Below, piece by piece: positions 39,831-49,796 of a stretch of DNA of 64,000 nucleotides (positions within the stretch are counted from its first letter, which is position 1; each line of letters starts with the position of its first letter). The position numbers were made by a program, and so were the translations under genes. This DNA is from Bacteroidales bacterium (lineage in GTDB: Bacteria; Bacteroidota; Bacteroidia; Bacteroidales; GCA-2748055). The notes under the pieces are model-generated. The model searched no databases. It saw only the letters and a list, made by a program, of their open reading frames with translations, and had not been told where the DNA came from. The DNA lies in NCBI GenBank assembly GCA_018400695.1, contig JAGYMF010000001.1:3269-67268 (forward strand). Direction: 5' to 3'.

Positions 39831-40838
39831 ATGGCAAATCTCACAACCAAGCACATGGGTATCTCTTTAAAGAACCCAATTATTCTCGGATCCAGCAACC
39901 TGGTTGGAAACGTTGATAACCTTAAAAAAGCTGAAGATGCGGGCATCGCTGCCATCGTCTACAAGTCACTCTTTGAAGAGCAGATTCAGTTGGAAGATTA
40001 TGACCTGGGAAATCAGCTGGAAGCTTATGATGAAAGGCATGCCGAGATGATCAACCTCTTTCCCAACATGGAGCATGCAGGTCCCAAAGAACACCTTTTA
40101 AACCTCAGGAAAGCAAAGGAAAGTGTCAGTGTACCCCTGATTGCCAGTATCAATGCGCTCTACAAAGAATCATGGGTTGACTACGCAAAACAGATCGAAG
40201 AGACTGGTGTGGACGGGCTCGAGCTGAACTTTTTTGCTGTACCGAGAGACATGAACAGATCGGGTCATGATATCATTGCCGGACAGCTGGAATTTCTCAA
40301 AGCAGTGAAAAATGCAGTCAAAATTCCTGTCAGCGTGAAGTTAAGTCCCTTTTATACCAATATTCTTAAAACTGTTGTTGACTTAAATGAGGCAGGGGCC
40401 GACGGATTCGTACTCTTCAACCGTTTGTTTGAACCTGATATTGATGTAGAAGCAGAAAAGCACGCATCACCCTGGAACCTAAGCACACCGGGCGATCACA
40501 GGCTGGCTGTTCGTTATATTGGTTTGCTGTATGACAATGTTAAAGGTTCGCTCGTAGCCAATAACGGAGTATACGAAGGAACAGATGTTGTGAAAATGAT
40601 CCTCGCAGGTGCAGATGCCATTGAGGCGGTCTCCACCATCTATCACAATGGAATCAGGCACATTCCGGTCATGCTAAAGGAACTTGAAGAGTGGATGGAC
40701 CGAAAAGGATATGCAGCCATCGATGAATTCAAAGGCAAGCTGTCTGCCAAAACGATCAACGATCCTTTCGTTTACAAAAGAGCGCAATACATCGATATGA
40801 TCCTGAAATCAGAAGACTATTTTAATCCGATTGTTTAA
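39831..40838 (+). CDS. Dihydroorotate dehydrogenase-like (class 1 DHOD/DHPD-like TIM-barrel flavoprotein)
   Basis: 335 aa with LKNPIILGSS, ELNFF and the C-terminal GADAIEAVS motif typical of the DHOD-like fold. There is no adjacent electron-transfer subunit. Confidence 0.75.
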   Translation: MANLTTKHMGISLKNPIILGSSNLVGNVDNLKKAEDAGIAAIVYKSLFEEQIQLEDYDLGNQLEAYDERHAEMINLFPNMEHAGPKEHLLNLRKAKESVSVPLIASINALYKESWVDYAKQIEETGVDGLELNFFAVPRDMNRSGHDIIAGQLEFLKAVKNAVKIPVSVKLSPFYTNILKTVVDLNEAGADGFVLFNRLFEPDIDVEAEKHASPWNLSTPGDHRLAVRYIGLLYDNVKGSLVANNGVYEGTDVVKMILAGADAIEAVSTIYHNGIRHIPVMLKELEEWMDRKGYAAIDEFKGKLSAKTINDPFVYKRAQYIDMILKSEDYFNPIV

Positions 40839-40863
40839 TAATTGAAGAGAGATTACATAGAAA

Positions 40864-40897
40864 AGCTGTCGCCACAATACGTGCGACAGCTTTTTTA
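40864..40897. terminator. Bidirectional intrinsic terminator between the DHOD-like gene and def
   Basis: agctgtcgc / gcgacagct forms a 9-bp stem with a 10-nt loop, flanked by aaa upstream and tttttt downstream. It overlaps the def stop codon. Confidence 0.7.
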
Positions 40898-41458
40898 TTT
40901 CTTTACAGGATATATGATCTTGTAGTCGCAGTCGACATTCCCCTTTGAAATGGCTTTCAGCCTGCTTGCAATGAGCTTTTTGCGCAAGGGATTGATCAGA
41001 TCAACAAACAGCCTCCCATTGAGATGGTCATATTCATGCTGAATGATCCTGGCCCTTACCCCGTCATATTCCTCTTCGCGAAAATTCCAATGTTCATCGT
41101 AGTATTCTATTCTCACATTGGAATGCCTGCTCACGTCCTCCCTTATATTCGGAATGCTGAGGCATCCTTCTGTAAAACTCCATTTCTCACCCCACTCGTC
41201 TGTGATTTGCGGGTTAATAAAAACCTTTTTAAAGTCCTTCAGGTCCGGTTCATCATCAATATCCTCCATCCTGGAAGCATCCACCACAAAAATACGGATC
41301 GATTTCCCAATCTGTGGAGCAGCAAGCCCAACACCATCACTGGCCACCATGGTCTCATACATGTCATCTATCAACTGGTCCAATCCCTCATAATCCTTAT
41401 CGATCTCCAGCGATACTTTTCTCAGAACCGACATCCCGTACACAAATACGGGTAACAT
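40895..41458 (-). CDS. def: Peptide deformylase
   Basis: GVGLAAPQIG, EGCLS and QHEYDHL metal-binding motifs are present. The ATG at 41458 (MLPVFVYGMSVLRK) is preferred, with upstream alternatives at 41473 and 41497. Confidence 0.9.
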   Translation of the reverse strand: MLPVFVYGMSVLRKVSLEIDKDYEGLDQLIDDMYETMVASDGVGLAAPQIGKSIRIFVVDASRMEDIDDEPDLKDFKKVFINPQITDEWGEKWSFTEGCLSIPNIREDVSRHSNVRIEYYDEHWNFREEEYDGVRARIIQHEYDHLNGRLFVDLINPLRKKLIASRLKAISKGNVDCDYKIIYPVKK

Positions 41459-41511
41459 TTTTGCCTCAATCATAATACACTGATAACTGTCATACAATAC
41501 ATTAACAGAAT

Positions 41512-41934
41512 TTAATTCTTTTTGTTCTGTGTATCCATATAAGATCGCAGAATCAAAACCGCACTCATCTTATCCACATTTTCCCGTTTTCTCCTCTCCG
41601 ATTTCTTTAATCCACCCTCAACCATGGCCTGCACAGCCATTTTTGAAGTAAAACGCTCATCCTCCCAGGCAACCTCAATTCCAGGAAAACGTTTCCTGAA
41701 CGCATTTACGAACCGCTCAACCAAAATAAATGATTCACTGGGCCTGTTATCGTGTTGCAGAGGTTTACCGACAACCACACATTCCACCTCTTCCTTTTGA
41801 ATATATGCTGCAAGGAATGTCATCAGAGAATGTGAAGCAACAGTTTCCAATCCGCTGGCTATCATCTTCATTGGATCACTCACCGCGATGCCACACCGCT
41901 TACTTCCGTAATCAATTGCCAGGTATCTTCCCAT
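41512..41934 (-). CDS. ruvX: Holliday junction resolvase-like RuvX (YqgF)
   Basis: 140 aa. The sequence MGRYLAIDYGSKRCGIAVSD and DERFTS are YqgF family signatures. Confidence 0.9.
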   Translation of the reverse strand: MGRYLAIDYGSKRCGIAVSDPMKMIASGLETVASHSLMTFLAAYIQKEEVECVVVGKPLQHDNRPSESFILVERFVNAFRKRFPGIEVAWEDERFTSKMAVQAMVEGGLKKSERRKRENVDKMSAVLILRSYMDTQNKKN

Positions 41935-42006
41935 CCGGTTATTTCCTCGCTACAAAATTAATAAAACTACGCATTTAGAAAAGCATTCAAAATGAGTTTA
42001 TTGCGA

Positions 42007-42038
42007 AAAGGCCGCTCCGGAGTTTCGGAACGGCCTTT
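42007..42038 (-). terminator. Intrinsic terminator downstream of nifJ
   Basis: aaaggccgctccg / cggaacggccttt pairs at 12 of 13 positions with a 6-nt loop. On the minus strand it is followed by UUUUCGC. Confidence 0.55.
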
Positions 42039-42085
42039 TGTACTGGTCAAGGAGTCGGGGTAACACCTGAATCCCTAATTAATTG

Positions 42086-45000
42086 TTATTTATTTACTTG
42101 TGTAAAATCCATGGCAGCCATTCTAACATAACTGTCGTACCTCCACTTAGAATTTTCCTGTGCAGCTTTGAACAGAACAGCAGCCTCTTCGGGGAAAGCT
42201 TTCTGCAGGGAAGTATAACGCACCTCGGATTTCAGGAAGCTTTGGAACTGGTCCCATTGCGGCTCCTTGGAATCAAGCACAAACGGGTTTTTCCCCTCCT
42301 CTGCCAGGGCAGGATTGTAACGATACAGGTGCCAGTATCCAGATTCAACGGCAAATTTTCCCTGGGCCTGTGTCTTGCCCATGCCCTGACGAAGACCGTG
42401 GTTGATACAGGGTGAATAGGCAATAATCAGTGAGGGTCCCTTGTAAGCTTCAGCTTCTCGCAAAGCTTTCAGGTATTGCGACTGGCTGGCGCCCATGGAA
42501 ACCTGTGCAACGTATACGTAACCGTATGACATGGACATCACGCCGAGATCCTTTTTTCTGATCTTCTTACCCGATGCGGCAAATTTAGCTACAGCTCCTA
42601 CCGGTGTTGACTTCGATGCCTGTCCGCCGGTATTGGAATAAACTTCCGTATCCATCACAAGGACGTTCACATCCTCACCAGAGGCAAGTACGTGGTCCAA
42701 TCCACCATATCCGATATCATATGCCCATCCGTCACCACCGAAAATCCATACAGATTTTTTCACAAGGTATTGTTTCAGCTCCAGGATTTCCTTTGCGACC
42801 GGGTCCTTCTCTTTCTCAAGTGCAGTTACAACGGTCTTTGAAACCTCCCTGGATGAATCCAAATCATCTGCAGCCAACCATGCATCAAATGCCTCTGCAG
42901 TTTCTTTGGCCACATTACTTTTGCAATCTGCCATCAACATGGCAATCCTCTCCCGCATTTTATTAATACCTGTTGCCATACCAAATCCATATTCCGCATT
43001 GTCTTCAAACAATGAGTTTGCCCAGGCAGGACCCTGTCCGTTCTCGTTGGTACAATATGGAGTTGAAGGCGCTGATCCTCCGTAGATCGATGAGCAACCA
43101 GTTGCATTGGCAACCACCATCTGATCTCCGTACAATTGTGTAATCAGCTTGATATAAGGAGTCTCACCACAGCCAGCACATGCACCAGAAAACTCAAACA
43201 GCGGTTGGGCAAACTGGCTGTTCTTAACTGTTTTCTTCTTATCAACAAGTGCCTCTTTGTTCGTGACATTTTTCCTGATATGGTCCCAGTTTGCATCTTC
43301 ATGAAGCTGAGTTTCCAGCGGTTTCATCACCAGTGATTTCTCCTTGGAAGGACATACATCCACACAATTATCACATCCGGTACAGTCGAGGGCTGAAACC
43401 TGTATTCTGTAATGATATCCTTTAAGATCTTTCCCAATAGCATCGATTGTATCCACACCTTCAGGCAATGCCTCCTTCTCCTTATCATCCAAAAGGAAAG
43501 GACGTATACAGGCGTGCGGACAAACATAAGCACACTGGTTACACTGAATACAATTTTCGGGTATCCATTCAGGAACGTTCACTGCAATACCACGCTTTTC
43601 AAAAGCAGTGGTTCCTGCCGGGAATGTTCCATCCTCCCTTCCAACGAATGCACTTACCGGGAGGTCATCCCCCTTCTGCGCATTGATCGGGTCTACCACT
43701 TTCCTGATAAATTCCGGCTTATTCATATCCTCCTTCTCGTCACTCAATTTAAGTTTAGCCCATTCAGCAGGCACTTCGATCCTGGTAACATCGCCGCCTT
43801 TTTCGATGGCTGCAAAGTTCATGTTCACTACCTCCTCACCTTTTTTCCCGAAACTCTTGACGATGAACTTACGCATCTCCTCAACTGCATGCTCATAAGG
43901 AATGATATTGGCAATCTTGAAGAAGGCCGACTGCATGATTGTGTTTGTGCGATTTCCGAGTCCGATCTCCTGTGCCAGTTTTGTGGCGTTGATGGTATAA
44001 AAATTAATCTTGTGTTCAGCAAGGAACTTTTTCATATGGTCGGGCAGGTGCTTTTTTGTCTCCTCTTCATCCCATATGGCATTGAGCAGGAATGTACCAC
44101 CATCTTTAAGTCCCTTCAGCATATCATATTTATTCAGATAAGATGGAACGTGGCATGCCACAAAATCAGGTGTTCCTACGAGGTATGGCGCCTTGATCTT
44201 CTTATCACCGAATCGGAGGTGTGATGTAGTAATACCGCCTGATTTCTTTGAATCGTAAGCAAAATATGCCTGACAGTATTTATCGGTCGACTCCCCGATG
44301 ATCATGATCGAGTTCTTGTTTGCACCTACGGTACCATCGGAACCCAGCCCATAGAATTTTCCTTCAAACGTCCCTTTCTTCACAACAGAGATCTCCGGAA
44401 GAATGGGGAGAGAAAGAAATGTAACATCATCCACGATTCCAACAGTGAACCTGTTTTTGGGCTCTTTCAGTTTCAGATTTTCATAAACAGAATGAATCAT
44501 TGCCGGAGTCGTGTCTTTGGACGACAGTCCATACCGTCCACCGACTATTGTTGGAGCATTCTCCTTGCCATAGAAAACATCCCTTACATCCAGGTAGAGC
44601 GGTTCACCATTTGCTCCCGGTTCTTTCGTTCTGTCGAGTACAGCGATCCTTTTCACAGTTTTGGGAAGCACCTTCAGGAAATATTTCTCAGAAAACGGCC
44701 GGTAAAGATGCACAGTAACAAGTCCAACTTTCTCACCCTTATCGAGCAGGTAGTCGATCACTTCCTGAATCGTCTCAGTAACCGAGCCCATGGCCATGAT
44801 AATATTTTCAGCATCAGGTGCACCATAATAGGTAAAAGGATGATACTCCCTGCCTGTAATTTTTGTGATCTCCTGCATATACTCTTCAACCACATCAGGA
44901 ATCACATCATAAAATTTATTGGCAACTTCACGCGTCTGGAAATAGATGTCGGGATTCTGCGCCGTTCCCCTTGTCACCGGATTTTCAGGATTCAGTGCAT

Positions 45001-45622
45001 TGGCACGGAAAGCCTTCAGCGCATCCATATCGATCAGGTCGGCAAAATCCTCATTTGAGGGGATCTCAACCTTCTGAATCTCATGAGATGTACGGAAGCC
45101 GTCGAAGAAATGAAGGAAGGGGATCCTGGTTTTGATAGCGGCAAGGTGTGCAACAGCAGCCACATCCATGATCTCCTGAACACTCCCGGTAGCCAACATG
45201 GCAAACCCGGTATTTCTTGTTGCCATCACATCACTGTGGTCGCCAAAGATCGACAATGCCTGGGCGGCAAGGCTCCTGGCAGAAACATGAAAAACTGCAG
45301 GCAACAACTCACCTGATATTTTATACATGTTCGGTATCATTAGAAGCAATCCCTGCGATGCAGTAAAAGTACTTGTCAGCGCACCCGACTGCAGCGAACC
45401 GTGCACTGCACCGGAAGCCCCGCCTTCAGATTGCATCTCAGTAACCTCAACAGTTTGTCCAAAAATATTCTTCCGTCCGTGAGATGACCACTCGTCAACA
45501 TTCTCCGCCATATTGGATGATGGAGTAATCGGGTAGATGGCAGCGACTTCACTGAACATGTAGGCGATATGTGAAGCAGCATAGTTGCCATCGCAGGTGA
45601 TGAATTTCTTTTTATTAGCCAT
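42086..45622 (-). CDS. nifJ: Pyruvate:ferredoxin (flavodoxin) oxidoreductase
   Basis: ~1178 aa with two 4Fe-4S ferredoxin motifs (CIQCNQCAYVCP, CTGCDNCVDVCP) and the ThDP motif GGDGWAYDIG. The ATG at 45622 (MANKKKFITCDGN) is preferred over the TTG at 45631. Confidence 0.95.
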   Translation of the reverse strand: MANKKKFITCDGNYAASHIAYMFSEVAAIYPITPSSNMAENVDEWSSHGRKNIFGQTVEVTEMQSEGGASGAVHGSLQSGALTSTFTASQGLLLMIPNMYKISGELLPAVFHVSARSLAAQALSIFGDHSDVMATRNTGFAMLATGSVQEIMDVAAVAHLAAIKTRIPFLHFFDGFRTSHEIQKVEIPSNEDFADLIDMDALKAFRANALNPENPVTRGTAQNPDIYFQTREVANKFYDVIPDVVEEYMQEITKITGREYHPFTYYGAPDAENIIMAMGSVTETIQEVIDYLLDKGEKVGLVTVHLYRPFSEKYFLKVLPKTVKRIAVLDRTKEPGANGEPLYLDVRDVFYGKENAPTIVGGRYGLSSKDTTPAMIHSVYENLKLKEPKNRFTVGIVDDVTFLSLPILPEISVVKKGTFEGKFYGLGSDGTVGANKNSIMIIGESTDKYCQAYFAYDSKKSGGITTSHLRFGDKKIKAPYLVGTPDFVACHVPSYLNKYDMLKGLKDGGTFLLNAIWDEEETKKHLPDHMKKFLAEHKINFYTINATKLAQEIGLGNRTNTIMQSAFFKIANIIPYEHAVEEMRKFIVKSFGKKGEEVVNMNFAAIEKGGDVTRIEVPAEWAKLKLSDEKEDMNKPEFIRKVVDPINAQKGDDLPVSAFVGREDGTFPAGTTAFEKRGIAVNVPEWIPENCIQCNQCAYVCPHACIRPFLLDDKEKEALPEGVDTIDAIGKDLKGYHYRIQVSALDCTGCDNCVDVCPSKEKSLVMKPLETQLHEDANWDHIRKNVTNKEALVDKKKTVKNSQFAQPLFEFSGACAGCGETPYIKLITQLYGDQMVVANATGCSSIYGGSAPSTPYCTNENGQGPAWANSLFEDNAEYGFGMATGINKMRERIAMLMADCKSNVAKETAEAFDAWLAADDLDSSREVSKTVVTALEKEKDPVAKEILELKQYLVKKSVWIFGGDGWAYDIGYGGLDHVLASGEDVNVLVMDTEVYSNTGGQASKSTPVGAVAKFAASGKKIRKKDLGVMSMSYGYVYVAQVSMGASQSQYLKALREAEAYKGPSLIIAYSPCINHGLRQGMGKTQAQGKFAVESGYWHLYRYNPALAEEGKNPFVLDSKEPQWDQFQSFLKSEVRYTSLQKAFPEEAAVLFKAAQENSKWRYDSYVRMAAMDFTQVNK

Positions 45623-45679
45623 ATTAATCAACTTAAGTATTTATATAACAAGTATTTAAGTATTTCGTTATTGGTATAA

Positions 45680-45687
45680 CAAAATTA
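45680..45687 (-). promoter_or_regulatory. Candidate -7 promoter box (TAATTTTG) for nifJ
   Basis: Matches TAnnTTTG on the minus strand, ~58 nt upstream of the nifJ ATG. Confidence 0.4.
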
Positions 45688-45747
45688 TAATTTTTGATTG
45701 GATTTGCAGGTGGTTCCTACTAATATAAAATCATTACAAATAAAGTC

Positions 45748-45776
45748 AAAAAAAGACGGAACCTGGTAGTCCCGTC
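45748..45776 (-). terminator. Intrinsic terminator downstream of rho
   Basis: The minus strand reads gacggga-ctaccagg-ttccgtc (7-bp stem with one G-U pair), followed by ttttttt. Confidence 0.65.
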
Positions 45777-45804
45777 TTCAATCATTCAGACCGCTAAGCG
45801 TCAT

Positions 45805-47688
45805 TTACTGACTGTTCATTGAAATCAGGAACTCCTCGTTGCTGGAAGTTTTCATCATCCTGTCTTTAAGGAATTCCATGGCCTCCACGGGATTCATATC
45901 CGAGAGGTAATTCCTGAGGATCCATATCTTGTCCATCATGGGTTTGTCCAGCAGGAGGTCTTCCCTCCGTGTACTTGAAAGGTTCGGATCCACTGCGGGC
46001 CATACACGCTTGTTGGCAAGTTTACGGTCGAGCTGCAGCTCCATATTTCCAGTTCCCTTGAACTCTTCAAAGATCACATCATCCATTTTTGAACCTGTCT
46101 CTGTAAGTGCTGTTGCAAGAATCGTAAGTGAACCTCCGCCTTCAATATTTCTGGCGGCACCAAAAAAGCGTTTTGGCTTATGCAGCGCATTGGCGTCCAC
46201 ACCACCGGAGAGCACCTTTCCTGATGCGGGTGATACAGTATTATATGCACGTGCCAGGCGTGTAATAGAATCAAGAAGGATCATTACATCGTGACCACAT
46301 TCCACCAGTCTTTTAGCCTTCTCCAAAACGATGCTTGCGACCCTGACATGGCGTTCGGCAGGTTCATCAAACGTTGAAGAGATCACTTCGGCATCGACAT
46401 TTCTTGCCATATCCGTAACCTCTTCAGGACGTTCATCCACCAATAATACCATCATATAGACCTCAGGATGGTTGGCAGCGATGGCATTGGCAATACTTTT
46501 AAGCAGTACAGTCTTACCAGTCTTGGGCTGTGCGACGATTAGTCCGCGCTGTCCCTTGCCAATGGGAGCGAACATATCCACCACCCTGGCAGAAAGATCG
46601 GCACGTCCTTTGCCTACAAGATTGAATTTCTCTTCAGGAAACAGGGGGGTAAGGTAGTCGAATGGTACCCTGTCGCGAATATAATCCGGACTGCGGCCAT
46701 TGATCTCTTCCACTTTTATCAGCGGAAAATATTTCTCACCCTCCTTGGGAGGCCTGATTGAGCCTGTGACAGTGTCACCGGTTTTCAGCCCAAACAATTT
46801 TATCTGACTCTGAGAAACATAAATATCGTCTGGGGAATTCAGATAATTGTAATCAGCTGAGCGAAGGAAACCGTATCCATCGGGCATAATTTCCAATACA
46901 CCTGAATTGATGATCAGTCCTTCAAAGTCATATTTATCAACTGCCCGACGCTCCTGCCTGGGTTCCTGATGCCTTTCGCCCCGGTCATTGAAGCGGTCAT
47001 TGCGGTCGCCTTTTGGATAGTTTGGCTTCCGCTGTTCGCGGTCATGCTGTCCCCCTTTCCTCTGTGGCTGATCATCTCTGGGATGCTGGGAATCACGCTC
47101 CTGACGCCGCTCCTCTTTCTGAGCCGGAGCAGAAGACTGAGGTGCACGGTTTTCACGTGACCGGTTATCCTGCGGACGATTATCTTTCTGACGGTTGCCT
47201 GGTGATTGGTTATCCTGCGGACGGGTATCTTGCTGACGGTTATCCTGCGGACGGGTATCCTGCGGACGGGTATCTTGCTGACGGCCACCTGCAGGTTGAT
47301 TATCCTGTGAACGATTCTCTTTCTGCCTCCTAACAGCCCCGGCTTTGTCCCCGGCAACTTTTTCCGCTACCCCGGAATCCCTCTTGGTTCCCGCCTGCTT
47401 ATCTTCAATCTTCTCAGACTTTGGCGGACGTCCACGGCGCTTCTTCCGTTCCGGTTTCGCCTGATTGCTTTCAGCAACTTGCCCGGCCTTTTCACCCGGC
47501 TTTACACCTCCGGAAGGCTCTTTTCTCTTTGCCGTTTTTGTTTCTGAGGCCACAATAGCCTGCATGTCCAGGATTTTATAAATCAAATCCTGCTTGCGAA
47601 ATGACTCTACTTTTTTGACGTTCAATTCCTTAGCAATTTCCCGCAATTCAGCAAGAAGCTTTTTGTTCAATTCAAGAATATCGTACAT
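45805..47688 (-). CDS. rho: Transcription termination factor Rho with a ~200-aa disordered N-terminal insertion
   Basis: 627 aa. A Rho_N helix bundle ([22 protein letters not shown]) is followed by an R/Q/D/P/K-rich low-complexity region from about residue 50 to 255. Then come the CSD-like RNA-binding domain ([14 protein letters not shown]) and the RecA-type ATPase ([15 protein letters not shown]). Confidence 0.95.
   Translation of the reverse strand: MYDILELNKKLLAELREIAKELNVKKVESFRKQDLIYKILDMQAIVASETKTAKRKEPSGGVKPGEKAGQVAESNQAKPERKKRRGRPPKSEKIEDKQAGTKRDSGVAEKVAGDKAGAVRRQKENRSQDNQPAGGRQQDTRPQDTRPQDNRQQDTRPQDNQSPGNRQKDNRPQDNRSRENRAPQSSAPAQKEERRQERDSQHPRDDQPQRKGGQHDREQRKPNYPKGDRNDRFNDRGERHQEPRQERRAVDKYDFEGLIINSGVLEIMPDGYGFLRSADYNYLNSPDDIYVSQSQIKLFGLKTGDTVTGSIRPPKEGEKYFPLIKVEEINGRSPDYIRDRVPFDYLTPLFPEEKFNLVGKGRADLSARVVDMFAPIGKGQRGLIVAQPKTGKTVLLKSIANAIAANHPEVYMMVLLVDERPEEVTDMARNVDAEVISSTFDEPAERHVRVASIVLEKAKRLVECGHDVMILLDSITRLARAYNTVSPASGKVLSGGVDANALHKPKRFFGAARNIEGGGSLTILATALTETGSKMDDVIFEEFKGTGNMELQLDRKLANKRVWPAVDPNLSSTRREDLLLDKPMMDKIWILRNYLSDMNPVEAMEFLKDRMMKTSSNEEFLISMNSQ
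47163..47312. repeat. Imperfect 15-nt tandem repeat (~10 units) inside rho
   Basis: Plus-strand units ggttatcctgcggac / gggtatcttgctgac / gggtatcctgcggac repeat head to tail. They encode the pentapeptide-like RPQDN/RPQDT/RQQDT repeats of the Rho insertion. Confidence 0.8.
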
Positions 47689-48040
47689 ATAGATGTTAAG
47701 TGAATGGATTAATTATACGAAAAAGGAAATAATTTGAGAAGTTACAGACCTGTCTCGGCCTTAATTCCTTGCAATATTAAAGAAATTAAATGGACTTCCA
47801 AAATAATTTTGGGATGCTTTAATCATTTTTATTTTCCTAACCTGCTCTTTATGAGGTATTAATAGGAATTGATCAATTAATATCCATGCTCTAAAACATT
47901 GAATATCATAACGATATACGACAAATAATTAAAATTCAGGCATAATAAATGGTTTTTTATTTTTAAAAAGTAATTTCATACGATATTTTACAGACTTTTT
48001 TGTAACCTTACAATCAGGAACAGATAATCTTTATTGAATT

Positions 48041-48904
48041 ATGCGTCAGCTGAAGATCATCAAGCAGGTCACCAACAGGGAGACTCCATCGCTGGATAAA
48101 TACCTGTATGAGATCGGTAAGGTTGACCTGATCTCAGCCGAAGAAGAAGTTGATCTGGCACGGCGTATCAAAAAGGGTGATACGCAGGCAATGGAAAAGT
48201 TGATCAAAGCCAATCTGCGGTTTGTGGTCTCGGTCTCCAAGCAATACCAGAACCAGGGACTTAGCCTGCCCGATCTGATCAACGAAGGCAATCTTGGACT
48301 GATTAAAGCCGCTCAGCGGTTTGACGAAACCAGGGGGTTCAAATTCATCTCCTACGCTGTGTGGTGGATCAGGCAATCCATTTTACAGGCACTGGCTGAG
48401 CAGGCCCGCATCGTGAGGTTGCCTCTGAACAAAATCGGGTCAATCAATAAAATTAATAAGACCTATGCAGAGCTGGAGCAGAAATATGAACGTGAACCCA
48501 CCGTACTGGAGATCGCCAAGGTACTGGAGATTGCTCCCGAAGATGTAAAGGAAGCCATCAGGAGCTCCGGCCGGCATGTATCCATGGATGCCCCGCTGCT
48601 GGACGGAGAGGACGGGAACATGTATGATGTACTGCTGAACGATGATCAGCCCGGGCCTGACAAGGGATTGCTCAATGACTCCCTACGGAAGGAGATTGAA
48701 AGGGCATTGTCAACCCTCACCTATCGTGAAGCGAGCATCATCCGTCTCTATTTCGGACTCAATGGTAAACATCCCCATACACTGGAAGAGATTGGTGAAG
48801 AGTTCAGTCTAACCCGGGAACGGGTCAGGCAAATCAAAGAAAAAGCGATCAAAAGGCTGAAGCATACCAGCAGAAGTAAGATCCTGAAAAGCTATCTTGG
48901 ATAA
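48041..48904 (+). CDS. rpoD: Primary RNA polymerase sigma factor (sigma-70 family, Bacteroidota short form)
   Basis: 287 aa with region 2 ([26 protein letters not shown]) and region 4 ([23 protein letters not shown]). Confidence 0.95.
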   Translation: MRQLKIIKQVTNRETPSLDKYLYEIGKVDLISAEEEVDLARRIKKGDTQAMEKLIKANLRFVVSVSKQYQNQGLSLPDLINEGNLGLIKAAQRFDETRGFKFISYAVWWIRQSILQALAEQARIVRLPLNKIGSINKINKTYAELEQKYEREPTVLEIAKVLEIAPEDVKEAIRSSGRHVSMDAPLLDGEDGNMYDVLLNDDQPGPDKGLLNDSLRKEIERALSTLTYREASIIRLYFGLNGKHPHTLEEIGEEFSLTRERVRQIKEKAIKRLKHTSRSKILKSYLG

Positions 48905-48925
48905 GGCTGATTTCAGTATATCACA

Positions 48926-48961
48926 GATTTATATTATACCATCGATTTATATTATACCATC
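48926..48961. repeat. Perfect 18-nt tandem direct duplication
   Basis: gatttatattataccatc occurs twice back to back (48926-48943 and 48944-48961) in the convergent intergenic region after rpoD. Confidence 0.9.
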
Positions 48962-48976
48962 CGCTTAATACAATTT

Positions 48977-49696
48977 CTATTTTTTTACAATATTCCCTGC
49001 ACTGGAGGTCCTACTGCGTAATACCACTGCATCGCCCTTATAATAAATATTACCGGCACTGGTGGCTGCCATGGATATCTCTTTGTTGGCAGTCACCCTG
49101 GCATTACCGGCACTTGACACCTTTACAGTAAGGTAATCAGCAATAAGGTCGTAGGCATTGAGTCCCCCTGCACTTGAAAGATCAGCCTTCATGGAATATG
49201 CCGAACCACTTAGATTACAGTCACCACTTGAACTAATGGATACACGAATCTCATCGGCATGAACATTCAGGTCCAGATCACCTGCACTGCTGATATCAAT
49301 ATCAATATCATCACAATCAAAAGTACCCTGTCCCCTAACATCGCCTGCGCTGCTAATACGGACGCCCGTAAGCTCCGGTAAGGAAACATTCACCCTCCTC
49401 GATGAAGCACGGAAAATGTTTCGTTTCGATCCGATCTTCAGCATGTGCCCCTCTTTTTCAACAGTAATATATTCATGAAGGTTTTCATCTGCCACGACCT
49501 CCACGAAGAAATCACCCTGCGAAATAAAGACATCGATTCCTGAACTGGCATGCACACCAGTGAAGCCATGAACATTGACCTGTTCGGAGATCACATCACC
49601 TTTACCGACAATACCATTATCCCAGTCACCTATGATACAGGATGATAACAGCAGCAAGGATGATATAACAAAAAAAGCAGCAATCTTTCTAATCAT
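48977..49696 (-). CDS. DUF2807 / head-GIN-domain protein (putative adhesin-like beta-helix lipoprotein)
   Basis: 239 aa with a signal peptide and Cys (LLLSSC). The SSAG[DN] motif recurs about every 20-25 residues (SSAGDV, SSAGDL, SSSGDC, SSAGGL, SSAGNA, TSAGNI, SSAGNI). Confidence 0.75.
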   Translation of the reverse strand: MIRKIAAFFVISSLLLLSSCIIGDWDNGIVGKGDVISEQVNVHGFTGVHASSGIDVFISQGDFFVEVVADENLHEYITVEKEGHMLKIGSKRNIFRASSRRVNVSLPELTGVRISSAGDVRGQGTFDCDDIDIDISSAGDLDLNVHADEIRVSISSSGDCNLSGSAYSMKADLSSAGGLNAYDLIADYLTVKVSSAGNARVTANKEISMAATSAGNIYYKGDAVVLRSRTSSAGNIVKK

Positions 49697-49796
49697 ATTG
49701 ATTCTTTTTTAGGATTCTAATTCTTCTACTGCATATAAGGACGATCAAAATCACAGAATGTTACACCAATGAATAAGCTGGCACCCCCTTGATCGG

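Noticed and set aside
43412-44224. 270-aa plus-strand ORF inside nifJ, plus neighbouring antisense ORFs at 44492-45058
   Set aside because: It is antisense to a highly conserved PFOR coding region, has no motifs, and shows shadow-frame composition.
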